A stretch of DNA of 64,000 nucleotides from Macrostomum lignano. Taxonomy: Eukaryota. How positions within the stretch are numbered: position 1 is the first letter of the stretch; each line of letters starts with the position of its first letter. Shown one piece after another: positions 27,235 to 64,000 of the stretch. Position numbers and translations under genes: made by a program. The notes under the pieces are model-generated. The model was given only the letters and a program-made list of their open reading frames with translations. It searched no databases and had not been told where the DNA came from. The DNA is taken from assembly GCA_002269645.1 (NCBI GenBank), contig NIVC01001512.1:62001-126000 (forward strand), read 5' to 3'.

Positions 27235-27880
27235 CCTGATCAATGACCCTGACCCAATGATCCTGATCAATGACCCTGACCCAATGATCCTGACCCAATG
27301 ACCCTGACCCAATGATCCTGATCAATGACCCTGACCCAATGATCCTGACCCAATGACCCTGACCCAATGACCCTGACCCAATGACCCTGACCCAATGACC
27401 CTGACCCAATGATCCTGACCCAATGACCCTGACCCAATGACCCTGACCCAATGAGCCTGACCCAATGACCCTGACCCAATGATCCTGACCCAATGACCCT
27501 GACCCAATGACCCTGACCCAATGACCCTGACCCAATGACCCTGACCCAATGACCCTGACCCAACGACCCTGACCTAATGACCCTGACCCAATGACCCTGA
27601 CCCAATGACCCTGACCCAATGACCCTGACCCAATGATCCTGACCCAACGACCCTGACCTAATGACCCTGACCCAATGACCCTGACCCAATGACCCTGACC
27701 CAATGACCCTGACCCAATGATCCTGATCCAATGATCCTGACCCAATGATCCTGATCCAATGATCCTGACCCAGTGATCCTGACCCAATGACTCTGACCCA
27801 ATGATCCTGATCCAATGATCTTGACCCAGTGACCCTGACCTAATGATCCTGACCTAATGACACTGACCCAATGACCCATG
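27235..27880. repeat. 14-bp minisatellite GACCCAATGACCCT
   Basis: Direct reading; same unit at 30028-30295. Confidence 0.95.
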
Positions 27881-28048
27881 ACAGCCAATGCCAAGGGCAC
27901 AGACGCGCACCAGCTCAAGAGTCAGTGAAACGTGCATGCGGGGCTTGACTCAATTTGACCAATTAACAGCTTTCTCTGAAAGTTTGCATCTCTTTATAAA
28001 GTCATGAGCATTGTAATAAGCAGTCTGCTGCTGTCCCTGGCGACAAGG

Positions 28049-48778
<20,730 letters not shown>

Positions 48779-49146
48779 TTTCGTTCGCTGTTCCTCAGCA
48801 GACTATTGCAATCAGTATTTGAGCAGATTCTCAGCAGCTCATAGATTTTTAATGAGTACCTGCTATTTTTTCACCGCTTTGGCGCTAAATTTTCAATGTT
48901 GTTTTGACAATCTTCTTTCCAATTTCTCTGTCTGCCTCTCCTCTTCGCGCAAGTCAAACTCGTACAGCTTGCTTGCTAATTAACCCTTCCCAAAGCTCGT
49001 TGGCTGTTTGACTCAAACAAACCTGACCGCCTTAGGCATGCCCGAGTGCGCAGGTGAACCCAACAGGACCAAATGAAAACACGGTGGGTTTTTTACGCAC
49101 TAGAAAATGATATATTGCTTGTCCCAGCTACGAGGGTCAGAGAGGG

Positions 49147-49179
<33 letters not shown>

Positions 49180-49609
49180 TTGACAGAGACTGTTGGGTGG
49201 AGTCAGGCCTGATGGAGATTGAATTGGTTTGAGCACCTTGGAGACAGGCGGGCCCTTCGCCTCTAAGCATCGAATCTGGCAGCTCAGTTGCTTGTAGGTG
49301 AGTCCGAATAGCAAGAAAAGACGAAAGGAAAGCACAGCTTGGCAATTGTATCCAACGATAATGCTCATATAATGAGGTGCACAAAAGGAGAGCAGTGCAG
49401 ATTTTTGCTGCCTCATTTTCCACTTTTAGTCGCAGTTTGAGAAAAACCTGTTTCTCTTTCTAAAAAAATAACACTCATTAGACTGTTCGGCGTGCAGTCT
49501 TTAAATATTGGTTGCGAGGGGCAGTGCAAGTAGTGTGTATTGCAAATTATTCTCAATAAATTAGCTAAAAAATAATACAATTTTTCGATTTATACCAAAC
49601 TTCCTTTGC

Positions 49610-50220
49610 CTCCACCCTCCCAGATCCTTTGGCCTGTGGCCTCCACACCCTCCCAGATCCTTTGGCCTGTGGCCTCCACACCCTCCCAGATCCTTTGGCC
49701 TGTGGCCTCCACCCTCCCAGATTCTTTGGCCTGTGGCCTCCACACCCTCCCAGATCCTTTGGCCTGTGGCCTCCACACCCTCCCAGATCCTTTGGCCTGT
49801 GGCCTCCACACCCTCCCAGATCCTTTGGCCTGTGGCCTCCACCCTCCCAGATCCTTTGGCCTGTGGCCTCCACACCCTCCCAGATCCTTTGGCCTGTGGC
49901 CTCCACCCTCCCAGATCCTTTGGCCTGTGGCCTCCACCCTCCCAGATCCTTTGGCCTGTGGCCTCCACCCTCCCAGATCCTTTGGCCTGTGGCCTCCACC
50001 CTCCCAGATCCTTTGGCCTGTGGCCTCCACCCTCCCAGATCCTTTGGCCTGTGGCCTCCACACCCCTCCTAGATCCAATCAATCTAATAGTGGGGGACAA
50101 TCCTAATTGTGGGTGACAATCCTAATAGTGAGTGACAATCTAATAGTGGGTGACAATCCTAATAGTGAGTGACAATCTAATAGTGGGTGACAGTTCTAAT
50201 AGTGGGTGACAATCCTAATT
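49610..50220. repeat. 31/33-bp minisatellite CCCTCCCAGATCCTTTGGCCTGTGGCCTCCA(CA) followed by a 19/20-bp CTAATAGTGGGTGACAATC array
   Basis: Direct reading. Confidence 0.92.
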
Positions 50221-50496
50221 CGTCACCTGCTGCTGCAAGACTGGAAAATCGATGCAAAGCTTCTCTATCTTTAGCAACTGGAATCACTGAGGTACCCTGG
50301 TAGATCCAGTGCTTAAGCAACCGCATACTAACCATGCATCGCCTTTGTTATAAAATCAATTCCTTCCAAGTCAAGCCTGGTGAATGAAGCTTCTTTGACA
50401 TGAAAGACTTTGCAGCAGACAGGAGGCGTAGCAGACACTTCCGCTTGCTCGCAACGTCTCAACTTTTCTACAACCGCAAAGCAAAAGCTTGTATCT

Positions 50497-50510
50497 GTTA
50501 CCTAGGCAAC
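50497..50510. promoter_or_regulatory. RFX-binding X-box
   Basis: GTTACCTAGGCAAC matches the 14-bp X-box consensus; lies between the divergent WDR49-like and lectin genes. Confidence 0.6.
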
Positions 50511-50619
50511 AACTCTCTATAGGTCTTTATCTATAGAAGTCCTGCTTCAGTTTTTGTCTGAGCTTCATCTCGGAGCAGAAGGATTTGGTCAGAGACAGTT
50601 CTACTGTTGGCACATCAGA

Positions 50620-51402
50620 ATGGAGACCCAGAAAATCTATTTCAAAAATTTCGAGCTGATTTTCCAGTGGATAATTTTGCTGTCAGGATCCAGCGCGGTC
50701 CAGAGCCAGGTGGCTCAGTGTCCGGGACCTTTCCAACTGCTCAACGCCACCCAGCAGTGCCTGTTCATCGAGACAAATTCGATTTACTCCTGGTGCTCCG
50801 CCAACCAAAGGTGCACTGAGATGGGCGGTGAGCTGATCAACTCGCCAGACTCAATTGGTAAGCTGATCTTCTCGAACACGCTGCATGGAAACAAAGACAC
50901 GACTCAACTGTGGGTTGGAATCAACGATTTGGAATCCGAGGCCAACACCAGCAGGGCCGGCTGGCAGAGAATCAACGGAGGCGGCAGGTTCCAAGGAAGT
51001 AACTCGCTGTGGCACCCGACGGAGCCAAATGGAAGTCCCAAAGCTCACTGCTTGCGCATTCTATATCCGTACGGCTCTCCACGTCTGGGCGACATGGGCT
51101 GCAACGGGGGTCTCGGCTTCATTTGCCAGTTCGTACAGCCTTTGTCTCACAATAGGGTTTCTGTCTGGAAGCCGACGGAGTTCACGAGAACCCGGAGCGA
51201 CACGTACTACTGCTGCGATGAGCTGCAGCCAGTGGCCTCGCTGCAGGCCTGCCTGGTCAGAGCTTCCCTGTGTGGCAGCAGGTGCCGCAGCGCTCTGTAC
51301 AACAGCCGGCTGGCCGCCTGCCGCCTGCTGCAGTTCGCCGACGCTCCGGTCGACCCGGAACTCGAGAGCAGCCCGGACTGGGTCAAGCTGGTCAGGGTCT
51401 GA
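50620..51402 (+). CDS. Intronless secreted C-type lectin domain protein with C-terminal PAN/apple-like Cys-rich domain (260 aa)
   Basis: ATG at 50620 followed by hydrophobic LIFQWIILL (signal-like); CTLD pattern C..F...QCL, WCSANQRCTEMGGEL, LWVGIND, WHPTEPN, HC, DMGC...FICQ; second module CC...CLVRASLCGSRCRSALYNSRLAACRL. Confidence 0.85.
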   Translation: METQKIYFKNFELIFQWIILLSGSSAVQSQVAQCPGPFQLLNATQQCLFIETNSIYSWCSANQRCTEMGGELINSPDSIGKLIFSNTLHGNKDTTQLWVGINDLESEANTSRAGWQRINGGGRFQGSNSLWHPTEPNGSPKAHCLRILYPYGSPRLGDMGCNGGLGFICQFVQPLSHNRVSVWKPTEFTRTRSDTYYCCDELQPVASLQACLVRASLCGSRCRSALYNSRLAACRLLQFADAPVDPELESSPDWVKLVRV

Positions 51403-52335
51403 GTGGGTCAAGCTGGTCAGCGTCTGAGTGGGTCAAGCTGGTCAGCGTCTGAGTTGGTCAAGCTGGTCAGGGGCTGAGTGGGTCGGGTCAAGCTGGTCAG
51501 GGGCTGAGCAGGTCGAGCTGGTGAGAGCAGAGTCAAGTAACCAACACAAAACCAGAACTTTCTGAAGCTATGGAATGAATACAATCGCATATGTCTACTA
51601 ATTTTTATTTTGTAGTCCTTCTGTCACAACTATCGAATAGCCCGCCTTCGTAATCCCATTTCTGTTCTGCCTGAATCTATTATTATTATCTTGTCTCTTT
51701 ATTTATTTTAGAACTTAGTGGCGCAGCTTTTTATTCAGTTCGAAAGTTCTACTATTACGTTTAACTCGAAGTTTAAGACGTTAATGCCTGATAAATTTTA
51801 TGACAATTTTCTATACGCTCCGGTCGACCCGGAAATCGAGAGCAACCAGGACTGGGTCAAGCTGGTGAGGATCTGAGTGGGTCAAGCTGGTCAGGGTGTG
51901 AGTGTGTCAAGCTGGTCAGGGACTGAGTGGGTCAAGCTGGTCAGGGGCTGAGTGGGTCAAGCTGGTCAGTGTGTGAGTGGGTCAAGCTGGTCAGGAGCTG
52001 AGCTGAGTTGGTCAAGCTGGTCAGGGTGTGAGTGAGTCAAGCTAGTCAGGGTGTGAGTGAGTCAAGCTAGTCAGGGTGTGAGTGAGTCAAGCTAGTCAGG
52101 GTGTGAGTGAGTCAAGCTAGTCAGGGTGTGAGTGAGTCAAGCTAGTCAGGGTGTGAGTGAGTCAAGCTAGTCAGGGTGTGAGTGAGTCAAGCTAGTCAGG
52201 GTGTGAGTGAGTCAAGCTAGTCAGGGTGTGAGTGGGTCAAGCTAGTCAGGGTGTGAGTGGGTCAAGCTAGTCAGGGTGTGAGTGAGTCAAGCTAGTCAGG
52301 GTGTGAGTGAGTCAAGCTGGTCGGGAGCTGAGCTG
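51376..52335. repeat. Two 25-bp arrays GGTCAAGCTGGTCAGGGTGTGAGTG (51376-51530 and 51855-52335)
   Basis: Unit equals the last codons and stop of the lectin CDS and of its duplicated tail. Confidence 0.92.
51815..51876 (+). pseudogene. Duplicated 62-bp 3' end of the lectin CDS (APVDPEIESNQDWVKLVRI*)
   Basis: Matches 51341-51402 with 5 substitutions and the stop retained; no AG acceptor immediately upstream. Confidence 0.75.
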
Positions 52336-52521
52336 TCAACCTTTACTAAAAAAGATAAAGAAAAATAAAACAGGAATCTTCTCCTCTCGCGTTATTAAAA
52401 TCGACCAAACTTTTACTTATATTTTTTGCTTGAATAAATGCGATTTATTTGTATATTCATGAGAGCTGTCATCGTGTGCTGTCAAGCTTGGCGTGTTTTG
52501 ATCAGATGAGGAAATAAAAAA

Positions 52522-61964
<9,443 letters not shown>

Positions 61965-62664
61965 CTGCAATGCAATCAGGGCAGTCAGCTGTATTATTAC
62001 CGCCAAGTTGGCAAGAAAATGCAAATGGAGCCGCTCCGGATTGATCACCGGCAGCAGCTGATTAGCATAGATTTCCTCGGCTATCGCTGTTGATATTGAA
62101 AAACTGCACCACTTAGCAGCGCTGCTAGACCGGCAGGATTCAGAGTAAATGCACTCTCTTAAAGTACTTTTAGCTACACAGATTTCCTATCGGAACACAC
62201 GAATATCCCAGCCTCCTACTCAGGCCCTGATCAGCTTTCACCGCCTCATCCAGGTACGACAAGAAGAAGAAATAGAGGACTCGGCCTGCTGGCAACCAGA
62301 GCAAAAACTGACTGTTATTCCACAATCGAAAAATGGAAGATTATTGCAGATCTGCCTGGGGTGAAGAGTTGCTAAGCCCTACTCACCTAGAACCCTCGGA
62401 GCTGGGGCTAGCATAAATCACCTAGTCAACCAATTCCCAACCATGCTATCTGTAATTTATGCTCGTGCATTTGCCTGACAGGGCGGGCAATATTTTTGTC
62501 GCGCAGAAAATTGTCGGCAATTTCTGCTGCTCAAAGGCACGTGCGTCCGCGCGTGTTTTCTGGCGGCATCGGACCAAAGGTTTACGGAGGGAAGTTGTTC
62601 CAGAATACTGTAGTGCAAAGTCATGTACGGCTGGTGTTAAATTTATGGCAAATTCCCGATTAGG

Positions 62665-63115
62665 GAGATAGGGGAGATAGGGGAGATGGGGAGATGGGGT
62701 AGATGGAGGAGATAGGTAAGATGGGGAAGATGGAGATGGGGGGATAGGGGAGATAAGAGATAGGGGAGATGGAGTAGATAGGGGAGATAAGGGAGATAAG
62801 GAGATAGAGGAGATAGGGGAGATAACGGAGATAAGGGAGATAGATGAGATAGGGGAGATGGAGTAGATACGGGAGATAAGGGAGATAAGGAGATAGAGGA
62901 GATAGGGGAGATAACGGAGATAAGGGAGATAGATGAGATAGGGGAGATGGAGTAGATACGGGAGATAAGGGAGATAAGGAGATAGAGGAGATAGGGGAGA
63001 TAACGGAGATAAGGGAGATAGGGGAGATAGGGGAGATAGGGGAGATGGATGAGATGGATGAGATAGAGGAGATAGGGAAGATGGGGAAGATAGGATATAT
63101 GGGGGAGATAGGGGA
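62665..63115. repeat. 9-bp GGGGAGATA array
   Basis: Direct reading. Confidence 0.9.
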
Positions 63116-63704
63116 GCAAAATAAATCTTCCATGACTTGTTAAAAGTACTTAATCGACTTGCCTCGATATTAAAGCTGATTAACCAAGCCATAAATAAGA
63201 AAAGCTTTTTTTTAAATAAAGTATACTAGTAAGTCTTTTTTCCAGTAGCCGAAAAACCTACCTTTTGCCATTTCTTACTTGGTTGCTTCTGACTTGGTGC
63301 TTGTGGAAAAAAACCGAATTGAATTATTCCGCTTCGCACTGTTTACTCTTCTACGGAATTTCCACATCTGTGCAGCCGCGATTCCCTCCCTAACTTAGCC
63401 GGGCTCAGGTGAACAACACTTTTAATCTGCCGCCGTCACTCTTGCGCCAGATTGCCAGGCCTATTGATGATGATAAGCCCGACCGAACTTTTAAGACGGG
63501 TTTCTTTTATCGTTAGAGGGCCTATAAGAAGTCCTGACGCCTAGCCCATGGGTTATACAGTTGCTAGATATATGAATATTTAGCTTTGTGGGCGAAACGT
63601 GCTCCGACCATCTTCTGCGGCTGGATTATGACCTGCAGAGTTCGTTGGTGCAGCTGTTTTTAGCTCAGCGCCATGTGGGGTCTACGAAGCTTGCTAGTTA
63701 GATT

Positions 63705-64000
63705 TGTTGCTATCCGAATGTGTTGCTATCTGGATTTGTTGCTATCCGGATGTGTTGCTATCCGGATGTGTTGCTATCCGGATGTGTTGCTATCCGGATG
63801 TGTTGCTATCCGGATGTGTTTCTATCCGGATGTGTTGCTATCCGGATGTGTTGCTATCCGGATGTGTTGCTATCCGGATGTGTTGCTATCTGGATTTGTT
63901 GCTATCTGGATTTGTTGCTATCCGGATGTGTTGCTATCCGGATGTGTTGCTATCTGGATTTGTTGCTATCTGGATTTGTTGCTATCCGGATGTGTTGCTA
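63705..64000. repeat. 16-bp minisatellite GTGTTGCTATCCGGAT (runs off the window)
   Basis: Direct reading. Confidence 0.93.

Noticed and set aside
62370-63611. Candidate first exon of the calmodulin-like gene (ATG|GT at 62444 or 63611; donors near 62386 and 63260)
   Set aside because: Weak donors or wrong phase for the 31-nt exon; cannot choose without transcripts.

Overview
Eukaryotic (metazoan) genomic DNA with GT-AG introns. The GC-rich exons separated by minisatellite-filled introns resemble a free-living flatworm such as Macrostomum; this is inference only. I reconstructed five protein-coding genes by hand with phase-compatible splice junctions: (1) the 3' part of a kainate-type ionotropic glutamate receptor (+, 8 exons, 908-12800); (2) an allatostatin-A/galanin-type neuropeptide GPCR (+, 2 coding exons, 22364-25891); (3) a WDR49/WDY/EFCAB8-family EF-hand + WD40 gene (-, 15 coding exons, about 1255 aa, 48778-28049); (4) an intronless secreted C-type lectin + PAN/apple-like gene (+, 50620-51402); (5) a divergent four-EF-hand calmodulin-like gene (-, 61964-52522, ATG exon not located). 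About 46 distinct micro/minisatellite arrays cover roughly 31 kb (hand estimate). Almost every long intron has its own private repeat unit, usually starting within 5-60 nt of a splice site. Also present: four copies of a tRNA-headed CORE-like SINE (one with a 24-bp TSD), a second SINE-like family, a 196-bp solo-LTR-like insertion inside a minisatellite, a roughly 750-nt imperfect hairpin, a consensus RFX X-box between the WDR49-like and lectin genes, and an intronic segment complementary to the exon carrying the iGluR Q/R site. Most long ORFs in the supplied track are repeat artefacts. No rRNA, intact tRNA or CRISPR array was found.
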